This document shows, one piece after another, positions 10,984-21,490 of a stretch of 64,000 nt of DNA; the stretch's first letter is position 1, and every line of letters starts with the position of its first letter. The DNA is taken from contig CAXXVL010000002.1 of NCBI GenBank assembly GCA_963667845.2, positions 480,001 through 544,000 of the forward strand. Reading direction: 5' to 3'. Made by a program: the position numbers and the translations under genes. Origin of the DNA: Smithellaceae bacterium. GTDB taxonomy: Bacteria > Desulfobacterota > Syntrophia > Syntrophales > Smithellaceae. The notes beneath the pieces were generated by a model that was not told the origin of the DNA, did not search any database, and saw only the letters and a list, made by a program, of their open reading frames with translations.

Positions 10984-11772
10984 TCATTTACCATCAACTT
11001 TACCGATCTTTACTTTGACAGTCTGTTCCCTGCCCTGCCGGAAGATAACAACATCGACTGTCTTCCCGATTGGAGTTTTGGCTACCATCAGGGGCAGTGC
11101 GCCCGCTTCATTGATATTTTCCCCGTCAAAGGCAAGTATGATATCGCCGGATTTAATGCCGGCCTGTTCCGCGGGTGAATTCTTCTGTGCTATTATAACA
11201 AATGCCCCCCTGACTTTATCCAAGCCGGAGGCTTCCGCCAAATCTTGCGACATTGTCTGAAATCTGACTCCGAAGTATCCGCCGGTAGCGCTGGCAGGAA
11301 CAGGAGCATTTCCGGAATTTACCACAGGAGTCTGAAACCCTTCACAATTTATAGTTTTAAACGGGTGATCAATGACGGTGTAATATCCGGTGGAAACATA
11401 ATCAACAAGTATCCCGTCTTTATTAAAACGTAGTCTCACTTCATAAGGGTACTCTTTATTTTCTGATTCTGATTCCGAATCGAAAAGTCCTCCGTAATGA
11501 CGGTAAGTCGTGCTGGTTTTCGTTTTCTTATATTTATAGACCCAGATTTCTCCATTGTCTACGGTCATTCTGACTGTCGGCGTAGAAGCTATCATTATTA
11601 GTTTGTCTTTTGTTAATTTCCCGATACAGGAATCTAACCCACTTTTTATATTAGATAATATAACCTTGTCATTATTTACTGCACATCCTGAAATCAACAA
11701 ACCACATAACAAAACCATTGTGACAGATAAAGTTCTTTTTCCCATACTGCTGAACCCCCTATGGCTATTCAT
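10984..11772 (-). CDS. Lipoprotein with C-terminal PDZ domain
   Basis: Lipobox LISGC; C-terminal GYFGVRFQ...SPAEQAGIKSGDIILAFDG (DegP/DegQ-type PDZ). Confidence 0.8.
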   Translation of the reverse strand: MNSHRGFSSMGKRTLSVTMVLLCGLLISGCAVNNDKVILSNIKSGLDSCIGKLTKDKLIMIASTPTVRMTVDNGEIWVYKYKKTKTSTTYRHYGGLFDSESESENKEYPYEVRLRFNKDGILVDYVSTGYYTVIDHPFKTINCEGFQTPVVNSGNAPVPASATGGYFGVRFQTMSQDLAEASGLDKVRGAFVIIAQKNSPAEQAGIKSGDIILAFDGENINEAGALPLMVAKTPIGKTVDVVIFRQGREQTVKVKIGKVDGK

Positions 11773-12006
11773 GTCATCGTCATTTCATCTACCGTTATTG
11801 GCTATCATTGATTGAATTGACAAGGAAGCTTTTTCTTCCCTGAATAATATTTGAAAAGTGTTCTTTGTATATCAATCTTATAAAAGCAATCATCACCGGT
11901 TGAAAGGTTGTATAAATTGGGGATAAATGGAAAAACGCCATTGAAGGAAGAAAGAGATATTTCACAAGTACGAGAAAAAGAATAAACCGAAATAACTACT
12001 GAGCAC

Positions 12007-13326
12007 TTACTCATCTGCTTCCGTATCGGCGATGGTTACCCCGGCAGGTGTGTCGGGCATAGCTTCCACCGCCTTTAGTTTGCCGGCGAGCGTCCGCGTC
12101 TTCTTCTGCGCGTCGTCCACAGAGGTGGCGGCCTGATCGAGCCTCTTGCGCACGGCGTCGAGCGAATCGCCGAAGCGGCTAAAAGCCATTTTCACTTCTC
12201 CCAGCACCTTCCAGACTTCGCCCGAACGCTTCTGGATCGCCAGCGTCCGGAAACCCATCTGCAGGCTGTTGAGAAATGCGGCAAACGTCGAGGGACCGGA
12301 GATCACAATACGGCATTCACGCTGCAGGTAGGAAACAAGCGCCGTACGGCGGATCACTTCCGCATAGAGCCCCTCCGATGGTAAAAACATGATGCCGAAA
12401 TCTGTTGTTTTGGGAGGCGCCAGATATTTTAGCGAGATGTCTTTGGCCGCCTTTTTAATGCTTGCTTCCAACTGCCGGATGGCATCTTCCGCCGCGGGCA
12501 CGTCCCCCCGTTCCTGCGCCTCGATCAGCCGGGAGTAATCTTCGACCGGGAATTTGGCATCCACCGGAACCAGGACGCAGTCGGATGGATCATCGCTCTG
12601 GCCGGGTAGCTTGATGGCAAACTCGACAATCTCCCCGCTGTGCTCATGGATCCTGACGTTCTTCAAGTATTGCTCCGGAGACAATATCTCCTCGAGGAGC
12701 GCGCCCAGCTGGACTTCCCCCCAGGTTCCGCGCGACTTGACATTGGTCAGCACTTTTTTCAGATCTCCGACGCCCGTCGCCAGCGTGCGCATGTCCCCCA
12801 GGCCCTGGTGGACCTGCTCGAGCCTCTCCGATACCTGCTTGAAGGATTCTCCCAGGCGTTTCTCCAGGGTGCTCTGCAATTTCTCGTCAACGGTTTCCCG
12901 CATGCGATCAAGCTGCTTTGCATTGTCTTCCTGGATTTGCTTGAGCTTCGCGTCAATGACCACGCGGATGTCGTCCATCTTCTTTTCATTGGTTGTCGTG
13001 AGGAGGGAGAGCTGCCTGGAAAAACTCTCCATCTGGTCGTTTTGCATTCTGGCGACGTCGGCCAGGCGGGTTTGGACGGAATCGCCGAAGGATTTGAGTG
13101 CTCCCGCAAGCTCCGTTCTCTCCTGCTGAGACTGGGACTGCGTCTCGACGCGCGACCGGGCAATTTCGTCACGGACGGAGCGATCGGTTCGCTCCTGCGC
13201 GTCACCGAGCGCATCCAGTTTGGCGGCAAGCGGCGTCAGATCAACAGCGCCCCGCCTGAGCTGCATAAACTGCAGAACAACGACGATCAGCAAAAAAACC
13301 AAAATGATGTATAAGAATATTTCCAT
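12007..13326 (-). CDS. rmuC: DNA recombination protein RmuC
   Basis: N-terminal TM and coiled coil, KSRGTWGEVQL, PVDAKFP, FLPSEGLY, LQMGFRTLAIQKRS. Confidence 0.95.
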   Translation of the reverse strand: MEIFLYIILVFLLIVVVLQFMQLRRGAVDLTPLAAKLDALGDAQERTDRSVRDEIARSRVETQSQSQQERTELAGALKSFGDSVQTRLADVARMQNDQMESFSRQLSLLTTTNEKKMDDIRVVIDAKLKQIQEDNAKQLDRMRETVDEKLQSTLEKRLGESFKQVSERLEQVHQGLGDMRTLATGVGDLKKVLTNVKSRGTWGEVQLGALLEEILSPEQYLKNVRIHEHSGEIVEFAIKLPGQSDDPSDCVLVPVDAKFPVEDYSRLIEAQERGDVPAAEDAIRQLEASIKKAAKDISLKYLAPPKTTDFGIMFLPSEGLYAEVIRRTALVSYLQRECRIVISGPSTFAAFLNSLQMGFRTLAIQKRSGEVWKVLGEVKMAFSRFGDSLDAVRKRLDQAATSVDDAQKKTRTLAGKLKAVEAMPDTPAGVTIADTEADE

Positions 13327-13411
13327 AAAATCCTTGAAGAGGCAGCGAACGATTTTGTCATTCCCCGCCTCTTCCTTTATACTTTCGCCGCCCTAACAAG
13401 GCGCGCCTCGG

Positions 13412-14050
13412 TCAAAACACTTTTTGAAAGTCGCGATCCCTCATGATGGTCGTAAAAGCCAGATCGATGAGCCGGTAGCCGCGCTTTTCCAGTTCGGCCG
13501 TATTTTCCGTTGCCGCCGCAGGCATGGTAACGGTATAGTCTTTGTCCAATTTCGTTTCACCCTCTTTGAAAACGATGACTTTAAACTTGAGTTCCTGGTC
13601 GGTCATCGACAGCAGAGCAAATTGAAATTCGGGAACACCCTTGGGGGCCTTGTAGCCACCGGGACCGGGAGCACCCCACCAGTAGCCGTGACGATAACCG
13701 GGATGGTGACGCGAATCATTGTCATACGTGTAATCTACCAGGTTTACGCCGATATGTTTAAACGCCTTCGTGAATCCGTTCAGATACAAATTTTCCAGGC
13801 TCACGTTGCCTTCGTAGTTCAACTTCTTATCCGGGCTGAAATAATTGCTGGTCTTGGTATTCTGGGCCTGATTGTAGAAGCTCGATAAGACCAGCTTCTT
13901 GCCTTTGTAACGGTTAAAATCGCCGGCTCTGAATGACGGGGAATAACTTTCCTGTTTTATCGCTATTTTTGTGCCGCCTGCGCAACCGGTTAGAAAAAGA
14001 CCGATGATGCAGAAGGCAATCAGGCTGCTCCACTTAATGCTTTTGTTCAT
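13412..14050 (-). CDS. Hypothetical lipoprotein
   Basis: Lipobox LTGC; GGAGG RBS upstream. Confidence 0.75.
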   Translation of the reverse strand: MNKSIKWSSLIAFCIIGLFLTGCAGGTKIAIKQESYSPSFRAGDFNRYKGKKLVLSSFYNQAQNTKTSNYFSPDKKLNYEGNVSLENLYLNGFTKAFKHIGVNLVDYTYDNDSRHHPGYRHGYWWGAPGPGGYKAPKGVPEFQFALLSMTDQELKFKVIVFKEGETKLDKDYTVTMPAAATENTAELEKRGYRLIDLAFTTIMRDRDFQKVF

Positions 14051-14255
14051 AACGTGATACCTCCTTTATATTGATTATATTTGTACCAAAAGATGTCGTT
14101 GAAGAATTAAACAGAATATAGCGGTCAAACGTTTAACGGTCAAGCAAAATAAGGCCAGGAAAGAACCGATAACAAAGCAGGTTTCCGGCAAGATACGAAC
14201 ATCGACAGGCTGACGCCGTAGGATTTTTTTCTTTTGAAAGAAAAGAGCGCATGAT

Positions 14256-14993
14256 ATGATTAATCAAATTATTGGGAACCCTATGCAAAGTGAAATCATC
14301 AATATCCTGCCCGATCAGGAAAATTATGAGATTGGATTTGCGGATCTGGGGGATCTGATCAAAGACCGCTATCCGTACCGCTATGCCGTCGTCATCGGCA
14401 AGAAGCTCGCCGGCGAAGTCATCGACGGCATCAAGGAAGGCCCGACGCCGGTTTATTACGATCTTTACCAGTCCACGAACGACGAACTTAATCTGATTAC
14501 GGCGAAAATATACCGGTTCCTCACTCAAAACGGCATCCCCTGTCTGCAGATTAAATCCACCGTTCAGGAAGACGAGATTCCCGCAGAATTTGCCCAAACC
14601 CTCCGTATGAAGTTTTCGCATAAAATGGCCGCCACCCGCGCGGGCCTGGGCTGGATCGGGAAGACTGATTTGCTGATCTCGCGGCGCTTCGGACCGCGTG
14701 TGCGCCTGGCGACAGTCCTGACGAACTATCCGTTCGAAAACCCGGGCACACCGATCAGGAAAAGCCGCTGCGGCAAGTGCGACCTTTGTGTTGCTGCCTG
14801 CCCCGGTCAGGCAGCCAATGGCCGGCTCTGGAATGATGCGCTTGATCGTGATGAATTTTATGATGCTTTCCGATGCCGCGATATCTGCAGAAAGTTGTCC
14901 ATTGAGAGGCTCGATAAGAAAGTCCACATCTGCGGCATCTGCATTTCCGTCTGTCCATTCGGCAAAACGACCGACTCCTCCCGAACAGACTAA
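14256..14993 (+). CDS. QueG-like (epoxyqueuosine reductase family) 4Fe-4S protein
   Basis: SHKMAATRAGLGWIGK, FGPRVRLATVLT, CGKCDLCVAACP, CGICISVCP. Confidence 0.8.
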   Translation: MINQIIGNPMQSEIINILPDQENYEIGFADLGDLIKDRYPYRYAVVIGKKLAGEVIDGIKEGPTPVYYDLYQSTNDELNLITAKIYRFLTQNGIPCLQIKSTVQEDEIPAEFAQTLRMKFSHKMAATRAGLGWIGKTDLLISRRFGPRVRLATVLTNYPFENPGTPIRKSRCGKCDLCVAACPGQAANGRLWNDALDRDEFYDAFRCRDICRKLSIERLDKKVHICGICISVCPFGKTTDSSRTD

Positions 14994-15195
14994 AACAGCA
15001 GGATACAATTCACTGCGGTGAAATAATCAAGGCCGCCGCGCCCTTCAAACGACAGGCGTAAAGTCTCCCCGGGTCGGCCTCCGATCATGGTGTGGCAATC
15101 GACGGCAGCCGGCCGGTCCTCTGGAGTCCATGTTTAACAAGAACCGATCCGGCCCCGAAGTTGTTCAGATCACCTGGAGGCCGCCAAAAAAATAT

Positions 15196-15224
15196 TTGAC
15201 AGGATCATGCCGTCTTGTTATAAG
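15196..15224 (+). promoter_or_regulatory. sigma70 promoter of the trp operon
   Basis: TTGACA-17 nt-TATAAG, about 30 nt upstream of the leader ORF. Confidence 0.75.
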
Positions 15225-15256
15225 GAACGCAAAATTTGCGTCGGATAAGTGGATAA

Positions 15257-15334
15257 ATGAACAGAATCTCCGTAAAATTAAATCTTAATAACTGGTGGTG
15301 GTGGAACCTCACAGGGAGGACTTTCCGCCGCTGA
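15257..15334 (+). CDS. trpL: trp operon leader peptide MNRISVKLNLNNWWWWNLTGRTFRR
   Basis: 25-codon ORF with four consecutive TGG codons upstream of trpE. Confidence 0.92.
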   Translation: MNRISVKLNLNNWWWWNLTGRTFRR

Positions 15335-15353
15335 TCTATTTAAAATAGAAGTT

Positions 15354-15397
15354 AAGCCGTGGAGACCCTCTCAGGACTCCACGGCTTTTTTGTTTGT
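15354..15397 (+). terminator. trp attenuator terminator
   Basis: aagccgtggag...ctccacggctt followed by a T-run; a second hairpin lies at about 15406-15441. Confidence 0.88.
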
Positions 15398-15540
15398 ATC
15401 AACCCAAAAGGCCGTGACGAAACTCACGGCCTTTTGCTTTTTAATGACGCTCGCTAAAAACGAGCTATGCGAAGTTTGAAGCGCCGGCGGAATTATCCCG
15501 CCACGGGCGGTGACGTGAACACCACATTAGGAGAAGAAAT

Positions 15541-17034
15541 ATGTATCAACCCAAATTTGCCGAATTTAAAGCATTCGCCCGGAGGGGCAACCTGATCCCC
15601 GTTTACCGGGAAATCCTCGCGGACATCGAAACGCCGGTTTCCGTCTTAAGAAAGTTACAGAAAAAAGACCATGTCTACCTGCTGGAAAGCGTCGAAGGCG
15701 GCGAAAAATGGGGACGCTATTCGTTTATCGGCACGGATGCGGGCGTGGTGTTCAAAATCCGCGGCCCGAAGGTGATCATTGAAGAGAAAGGACGGGTAAC
15801 TGCAAGGGAGCATAAAGGCGATCCCCTCGGCGCGATGCGGGAACTGCTCGGCCGGTATCAACCTGTCGCCACGCCCGGATTGCCGCGTTTTTTCGGGGGC
15901 GCTGTGGGCTATCTCGGTTATGATATGGTGCGTTACTTCGAAAAACTTCCCGCCGCCCCCTCTGATGATCTGAATCTGGACGAAGCCGTTTTCGTCATCA
16001 GCGACTCTTTGGTGATCTTTGACAACATCCGCCATACGATCAAGGTGGTTGCCTGCGCCTATACGGAAGACGCGGATTCCCCCGAAGAAGCTTACGTGAC
16101 GGCTTGCGGCAAGATTGCCGAGATGATCGCCCTCATCGCCGCGCCGGCCGCATTGCCCGAAACCACCCCGCGAACCAACGGCGTGACGTTTGAATCGAAT
16201 ATGACGCCCGATCAGTATAAGGCCATCGTCGAAAAAGCCAAAGACTACATTGTCGCGGGCGACGTCATTCAAGTCGTTTTGTCTCAGCGTTTTTCCACCC
16301 CCTGCAAAACCGACCCGGTTGATCTTTACCGGGCGCTCCGCTATATCAACCCCTCGCCCTATTTGTTTTTCCTCAAACTCGACGACGTGACCCTGATCGG
16401 GTCCTCGCCGGAAGTCATGGTGCGCCTGGAGCAAAACGACATTGAACTGCGGCCCATCGCCGGCACCCGCAAGCGCGGCCGGACCGAGCAGGAGGACCGG
16501 GCACTGGCGGACGAACTGCTTTCCGATGAAAAGGAGCGGGCCGAACACGTGATGCTTGTCGACCTGGGCCGCAACGATTTGGGGCGGATTGCCGAAACCG
16601 GCACGGTGCAGGTCAATCAATATATGGTCGTGGAAAAATATTCCCATGTCATGCATCTCGTCTCCAATGTGCGCGCGCAGCTCGCACGCGGCAAAGATGC
16701 ATTTGACGTGCTCGCGGCAACCTTTCCCGCCGGGACGCTCTCCGGCGCGCCGAAGGTCCGCGCCATGCAGATCATCGATGAACTGGAACCCGTGCGGCGC
16801 GGCGCCTACGGCGGGGCGGTGGGGTATTTCAGCTTCAGCGGCAACATGGACCTGTGCATCACGATCCGCACCATGATCATCAGGAACAACCGGATTTTCG
16901 TCCAGGCCGGCGCGGGCATTGTCTATGATTCCCAGCCCGAATCCGAACAGCTCGAAACACAGAATAAGGCGAAAGGCATGCAGATGGCCGTAAAACTGGC
17001 CGCGGGCGGTTTTGTTCTCGAAAATGGAAACTAG
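15541..17034 (+). CDS. trpE: Anthranilate synthase component I
   Basis: LLESVEGGEKWGRYS, NPSPY, PIAGTRKRG, EHVMLVDLGRND, GTLSGAPK. Confidence 0.97.
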   Translation: MYQPKFAEFKAFARRGNLIPVYREILADIETPVSVLRKLQKKDHVYLLESVEGGEKWGRYSFIGTDAGVVFKIRGPKVIIEEKGRVTAREHKGDPLGAMRELLGRYQPVATPGLPRFFGGAVGYLGYDMVRYFEKLPAAPSDDLNLDEAVFVISDSLVIFDNIRHTIKVVACAYTEDADSPEEAYVTACGKIAEMIALIAAPAALPETTPRTNGVTFESNMTPDQYKAIVEKAKDYIVAGDVIQVVLSQRFSTPCKTDPVDLYRALRYINPSPYLFFLKLDDVTLIGSSPEVMVRLEQNDIELRPIAGTRKRGRTEQEDRALADELLSDEKERAEHVMLVDLGRNDLGRIAETGTVQVNQYMVVEKYSHVMHLVSNVRAQLARGKDAFDVLAATFPAGTLSGAPKVRAMQIIDELEPVRRGAYGGAVGYFSFSGNMDLCITIRTMIIRNNRIFVQAGAGIVYDSQPESEQLETQNKAKGMQMAVKLAAGGFVLENGN

Positions 17035-17043
17035 GAGCAGCTC

Positions 17044-17631
17044 ATGATATTAATGATTGATAATTACGATTCATTCACCTTCAACATCGTCCAATATCTG
17101 GGGCAGATGGGCGAGGACGTCCAGGTCTATCGCAATGATAAAATTACGACCGACGGCATCCGCAAGCTCAAACCGCAGGCGATTTTTTTATCGCCGGGCC
17201 CCTGCTCGCCGCGCGAGGCAGGCGTCACGGTGGACGTGATCCGCGAGTTCCACACCTCCGTGCCGCTCATGGGTATCTGTCTGGGGCACCAGTCGATCGG
17301 CTACGCCTTCGGAGGCGAAGTTGTCCGCGCCGACCGTATCATGCACGGCAAAGTCTCACCCGTCGAGCATGACGGCAAAACGATTTTTGCGGGATTGCCC
17401 AACCCTTTTACGGCCGGTCGTTACCATTCGCTCGTCGTGCGCCCTGAAAGCCTGCCCGAGTGCCTCGAAGTGAGCGCCCGGACCGCCCAGGGCGAAATCA
17501 TGGGGCTCAGGCATAAAGAATATCCGGTCGAAGGCATCCAGTTTCATCCCGAATCGGTGCTGACCCCGCAGGGCAAAAGAATTTTGCGGAATTTTTTAAA
17601 AACTCTTGGACGAAAGGAGCGTTCATCATGA
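17044..17631 (+). CDS. trpG: Anthranilate synthase component II (glutamine amidotransferase)
   Basis: [33 protein letters not shown]. Confidence 0.95.
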   Translation: MILMIDNYDSFTFNIVQYLGQMGEDVQVYRNDKITTDGIRKLKPQAIFLSPGPCSPREAGVTVDVIREFHTSVPLMGICLGHQSIGYAFGGEVVRADRIMHGKVSPVEHDGKTIFAGLPNPFTAGRYHSLVVRPESLPECLEVSARTAQGEIMGLRHKEYPVEGIQFHPESVLTPQGKRILRNFLKTLGRKERSS

Positions 17632-18638
17632 TTAAGGAAGCCATTGACAGGGCGGTGCGAAAAGTCGATCTGCCGGAAGCGGAAATGATGGCGGCGATGG
17701 AAGAAATTATGGGCGGTGAAGCCACGCCTGCCCAGGTCGGCTCGTTCATCACGGCGCTGCGCATGAAAGGTGAAACCGTCGAGGAAGTCACCGGCGCGGC
17801 GCGCATCATGCGGCAGAAAGCGACGCGGGTAAACGCCTGCGCGACGACCGTTGTCGACACCTGCGGCACCGGCGGCGACAAACTCAACACGTTTAACATA
17901 TCCACAACCGCGGCTTTTGTCGTGGCCGCGGCGGGAATCACCGTCGCCAAACACGGCAACCGTGCGGTCTCCAGCGCCTGCGGCAGCGCGGACGTCCTGG
18001 AAGCTCTGGGTATCAATATCAGTGTCGATCAGGAAATCGTCGAAGAGTGCATCCAGCAGATCGGCATCGGCTTCTTGTTTGCCCCGAAACTGCATGGCGC
18101 GATGAAATACGCCATCGGGCCGCGCCGCGAAATCGGCATTCGCACCATCTTCAACATGCTGGGGCCGCTCACCAATCCGGCCGGCGCCACCGCGCAGCTT
18201 CTGGGCGTTTACGATCCGAAGCTCACGGAAATGTTCGCGGATGTACTGAAAAATATGGGTACCAGGCGGGCATTCGTCGTCCACGGTTCGGACGGGCTCG
18301 ATGAAGTGACCGTCACCGGCGAAACGCGCGTGGCGGAATTAAACGACGGCATTATCCGGACATACAATATCCATCCCCGGGATTATGTGGGAAAAACTTA
18401 TCCGCTCGACGCTATCCGCGGCGGAGACCCGGGAGTAAATGCGCAGATTACCCGCGATGTCCTGTCCGGAAAGCCCGGCGCCTGCCGCGACGTTGTCGTG
18501 ATCAACGCGGCCCTGGCGATCGTCGCCTCGGAAAAAGCGCCGGATATCAAGGAAGGCGTCAAAGTCGCCGCCGATTGTATCGACAGCGGCCGGGCAGTGA
18601 AGAAATTGCAGGCATTGATTGAAATGAGCAACACTTAG
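17628..18638 (+). CDS. trpD: Anthranilate phosphoribosyltransferase
   Basis: [23 protein letters not shown]. Confidence 0.97.
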   Translation: MIKEAIDRAVRKVDLPEAEMMAAMEEIMGGEATPAQVGSFITALRMKGETVEEVTGAARIMRQKATRVNACATTVVDTCGTGGDKLNTFNISTTAAFVVAAAGITVAKHGNRAVSSACGSADVLEALGINISVDQEIVEECIQQIGIGFLFAPKLHGAMKYAIGPRREIGIRTIFNMLGPLTNPAGATAQLLGVYDPKLTEMFADVLKNMGTRRAFVVHGSDGLDEVTVTGETRVAELNDGIIRTYNIHPRDYVGKTYPLDAIRGGDPGVNAQITRDVLSGKPGACRDVVVINAALAIVASEKAPDIKEGVKVAADCIDSGRAVKKLQALIEMSNT

Positions 18639-18650
18639 TTCATTATATTC

Positions 18651-18795
18651 TCAATGCGAGCCGATTCTACCCTAATCACCTGAAGGTGACACGAGGGCAC
18701 GCGTTAATCGGCGTGGCAATCCGACAAATTCGTTGCGAGGACACAAGTCCGTGGCAATCTTATGAGATGGCTCGTCGCTTCGCTCCTCGCCATGA
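18651..18795. repeat. Palindromic repeat family C (gtcattgcgag...gcaatc...ctcgcaatgac type), degenerate
   Basis: tgcgag...cgtggcaatc twice, ending gtcgcttcgctcctcgccatga; related to 27223-27294. Confidence 0.6.
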
Positions 18796-18815
18796 TAAAC
18801 GCGATTGGATGACAA

Positions 18816-19595
18816 ATGATTTTAGATCAGATTATCGAGACAAAAAAAGAAGAAGTTAGGAAGCTTAAGCAAGAGACAAATATCTCGCGTCTGCGCGACG
18901 TCATCGCCGGTCTTGCGCCCGGCCGGGATTTCCGGCAGGCCGTGAGCGGCAAAACCTGCGCCGTCATCGCCGAAGTCAAATGCGCCTCCCCGTCTCGCGG
19001 ACGTCTGGTCGAACATTTTGACCCGTTGGCCATAGCGAAGATATACGAACAAAACGGAGCGGCCGCAATTTCCGTGCTCACGGATGAAGCATACTTTTCA
19101 GGTCACAGAGATTATTTAACGAAAATTAAATGTGAGGTGAATATCCCCGTTCTGCGCAAGGATTTCATTATCGATCCGCTTCAGGTCTATGAAACCAGAG
19201 CCATCGGCGCGGATGCGATTTTACTGATCGTCCGTGTGCTGGGTGAAAAGCTTTCCGATTTCATTTCCCTCGCGGGAGAAGTCGGGTTAAGTCCGCTGGT
19301 CGAAGTCCATTCGCAAAATGAGCTGGATGTGGCGCTGAGTGCAGGTGCGGAGATCATCGGGATTAACAACCGCAATCTCGACACATTCGTCACAGACATT
19401 AATGCCAGCCGCGATCTCAAAAAACTGATTCCGTCCGATAAAACCGTCGTGGCGGAAAGTGCCATTAAAGACCGCGCGGACATTGAATATCTGATCGAGG
19501 CGGGCATTCACGCCTTTCTGATCGGTGAAGGGCTCGTCACGGCAAAAGACATCGGTCAAGAAATGCGTTCTTTTATGGGAGAGGTCCGGGAATGA
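18816..19595 (+). CDS. trpC: Indole-3-glycerol-phosphate synthase
   Basis: IAEVKCASPSRG, SVLTD, LRKDFI, GINNRNL. Confidence 0.97.
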   Translation: MILDQIIETKKEEVRKLKQETNISRLRDVIAGLAPGRDFRQAVSGKTCAVIAEVKCASPSRGRLVEHFDPLAIAKIYEQNGAAAISVLTDEAYFSGHRDYLTKIKCEVNIPVLRKDFIIDPLQVYETRAIGADAILLIVRVLGEKLSDFISLAGEVGLSPLVEVHSQNELDVALSAGAEIIGINNRNLDTFVTDINASRDLKKLIPSDKTVVAESAIKDRADIEYLIEAGIHAFLIGEGLVTAKDIGQEMRSFMGEVRE

Positions 19596-20248
19596 TTCAG
19601 GTCAAAATATGCGGTATCACTGAAGGCGAGGACGCTTTGTGCGCAGCGGAAAACGGGGCTGCGGCCGTGGGCTTTATTTTCTATACGCCGTCGTCCCGTT
19701 ATGTTCAGCCCGCCAAGGCCAGGATGATCATTGACCGACTGCCGCGCGAACTGGTAAAAGTCGGCGTCTTCGTCAACGAAACTGCCGCAGAGGTAAAGAG
19801 GATTTATGACTATTGCGGTCTGGATATGATTCAGCTCCACGGAGATGAATCGCCCGAATACTGCCGGCAATTTCCGAAAGACCGCCTCCTTAAGGCTCTG
19901 GATTTGAAGAGCGACGACGATTTGAGAAGAGCCGCAGCCTACGAGGCCGCGGCCATTCTGGTGGACAGTCGCCGCGCCGGTCTCTATGGCGGCACGGGGA
20001 AGACAGCCGATTGGGATTTGGCCCGACGCGTGATGCAACCGCTGATCCTGTCCGGCGGCTTGAATGACAAAAATGTAGCAGATGCACTCCAAAAGGTTCA
20101 TCCGTCCGCAGTGGATGTCAACAGCGGCGTCGAGGGCGAGCCGGGCAGGAAAGATCATACGAAAATCGCAGGTATCATGCGACTCATTAATAAGACGGCT
20201 GCCGCTTTCACAGCATCCGTTATTTTTACGCGAAGGGAAATCATATGA
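19592..20248 (+). CDS. trpF: Phosphoribosylanthranilate isomerase
   Basis: VKICGIT, QLHGDE, GGTG, DVNSGVE. Confidence 0.96.
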   Translation: MIQVKICGITEGEDALCAAENGAAAVGFIFYTPSSRYVQPAKARMIIDRLPRELVKVGVFVNETAAEVKRIYDYCGLDMIQLHGDESPEYCRQFPKDRLLKALDLKSDDDLRRAAAYEAAAILVDSRRAGLYGGTGKTADWDLARRVMQPLILSGGLNDKNVADALQKVHPSAVDVNSGVEGEPGRKDHTKIAGIMRLINKTAAAFTASVIFTRREII

Positions 20249-21426
20249 AGAACTTACCCGATCCAAACGGGCATTTTGATATTTTCGGCGGGCGCTATGC
20301 CGCCGAAACGCTCATGCCCGCGCTTCTGGAACTCGAAGATGCATACGGCAGAGCGGCAAAGGACAAAGCTTTCACCGGGGAATTCGCCTGGTATCAGCGC
20401 GAGTATGCGGGACGGCCCACGCCGCTTTATTTTGCCCGGAGGCTGACGAAAACCCTGGGGGGCGCAAAAATCTATCTCAAACGTGAAGACCTGAACCATA
20501 CCGGCTCGCACAAAATCAACAATACGCTGGGACAGGCGCTGCTGGCCCGCCGGATGAACAAAAAGAAAGTCATCGCCGAAACGGGCGCGGGACAGCATGG
20601 CGTGGCCACCGCTACGGTTGCAGCGCTCTTCGGGATGGAGTGTAAAATCTTTATGGGCGAGGAAGACATCCGCCGTCAGGCGCCCAACGTCTTTCGCATG
20701 AAGATTCTGGGCGCCCAAGTCGTTCCGGTCAAAAGCGGCACTGCCACGCTTAAGGATGCCATGAACGAAGCCATGCGCTACTGGGTGGGAAGCGTCCGCG
20801 ATACCTTTTACATTATCGGCACCACTGCCGGACCTCATCCTTACCCGATGATGGTCCGGAATTTTCAATCTGTGATCGGCCGGGAAATCAAGAAGCAGAT
20901 GGCCAGGATAGAAGGCCGGAATCCCGACGTGCTCATTGCCTGCGTCGGCGGCGGTTCGAATGCGATGGGAACGTTTTATCCCTTCCGCAATGAAAAGAAA
21001 GTCGCCATGTTCGGCGTGGAGGCCGCCGGCCGCGGCATGGATACCACCGAGCATTCGGCCAGTATTAACGGCGGCAGGGTCGGCGTCCTGCATGGCAATA
21101 AGACCTATCTGCTGCAGGATGAACACGGCCAGGTGAGAGACGCTTATTCCATCGCCGCGGGGCTGGATTACCCCGGCGTGGGGCCGGAGCATGCTTACTT
21201 TGCGGCAAACGGTATCGCAAAGTATGTCACGGTGACCGATAAGGAAGCGGTTGAGGCCTTTTTATTTTTATCCCGGCAGGAGGGCATCATACCCGCACTG
21301 GAGAGCGCTCATGCGGTCGCCTACGCCATGAAGATGGCACCGCAGATGAAGAAAAATAAAGTAATTGTAATCTGTCTTTCCGGCCGCGGCGACAAAGACG
21401 CGCAGACAATTATTGAAACGATGTAG
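20245..21426 (+). CDS. trpB: Tryptophan synthase beta chain
   Basis: [47 protein letters not shown]. Confidence 0.98.
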   Translation: MKNLPDPNGHFDIFGGRYAAETLMPALLELEDAYGRAAKDKAFTGEFAWYQREYAGRPTPLYFARRLTKTLGGAKIYLKREDLNHTGSHKINNTLGQALLARRMNKKKVIAETGAGQHGVATATVAALFGMECKIFMGEEDIRRQAPNVFRMKILGAQVVPVKSGTATLKDAMNEAMRYWVGSVRDTFYIIGTTAGPHPYPMMVRNFQSVIGREIKKQMARIEGRNPDVLIACVGGGSNAMGTFYPFRNEKKVAMFGVEAAGRGMDTTEHSASINGGRVGVLHGNKTYLLQDEHGQVRDAYSIAAGLDYPGVGPEHAYFAANGIAKYVTVTDKEAVEAFLFLSRQEGIIPALESAHAVAYAMKMAPQMKKNKVIVICLSGRGDKDAQTIIETM

Positions 21427-21470
21427 GGAACAGCCCCGCCACCTGCAGGGGTGGTCGCGACTTTCCCTAC
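21423..21470. repeat. GTAG-type REP-like palindrome (family B), copy 1
   Basis: gtagggaa...tcgcgactttccctac; overlaps the trpB TAG stop; sister copy at 34368. Confidence 0.7.
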
Positions 21471-21490
21471 CAAGAAGAAATGAGGATGCA

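Noticed and set aside
14256..14993. Linking the QueG-like gene to the island TGT-like gene, or calling it a reductive dehalogenase
   Set aside because: It is 35 kb away in host sequence, the family is common in anaerobes, and it has no Tat signal or membrane-anchor partner.
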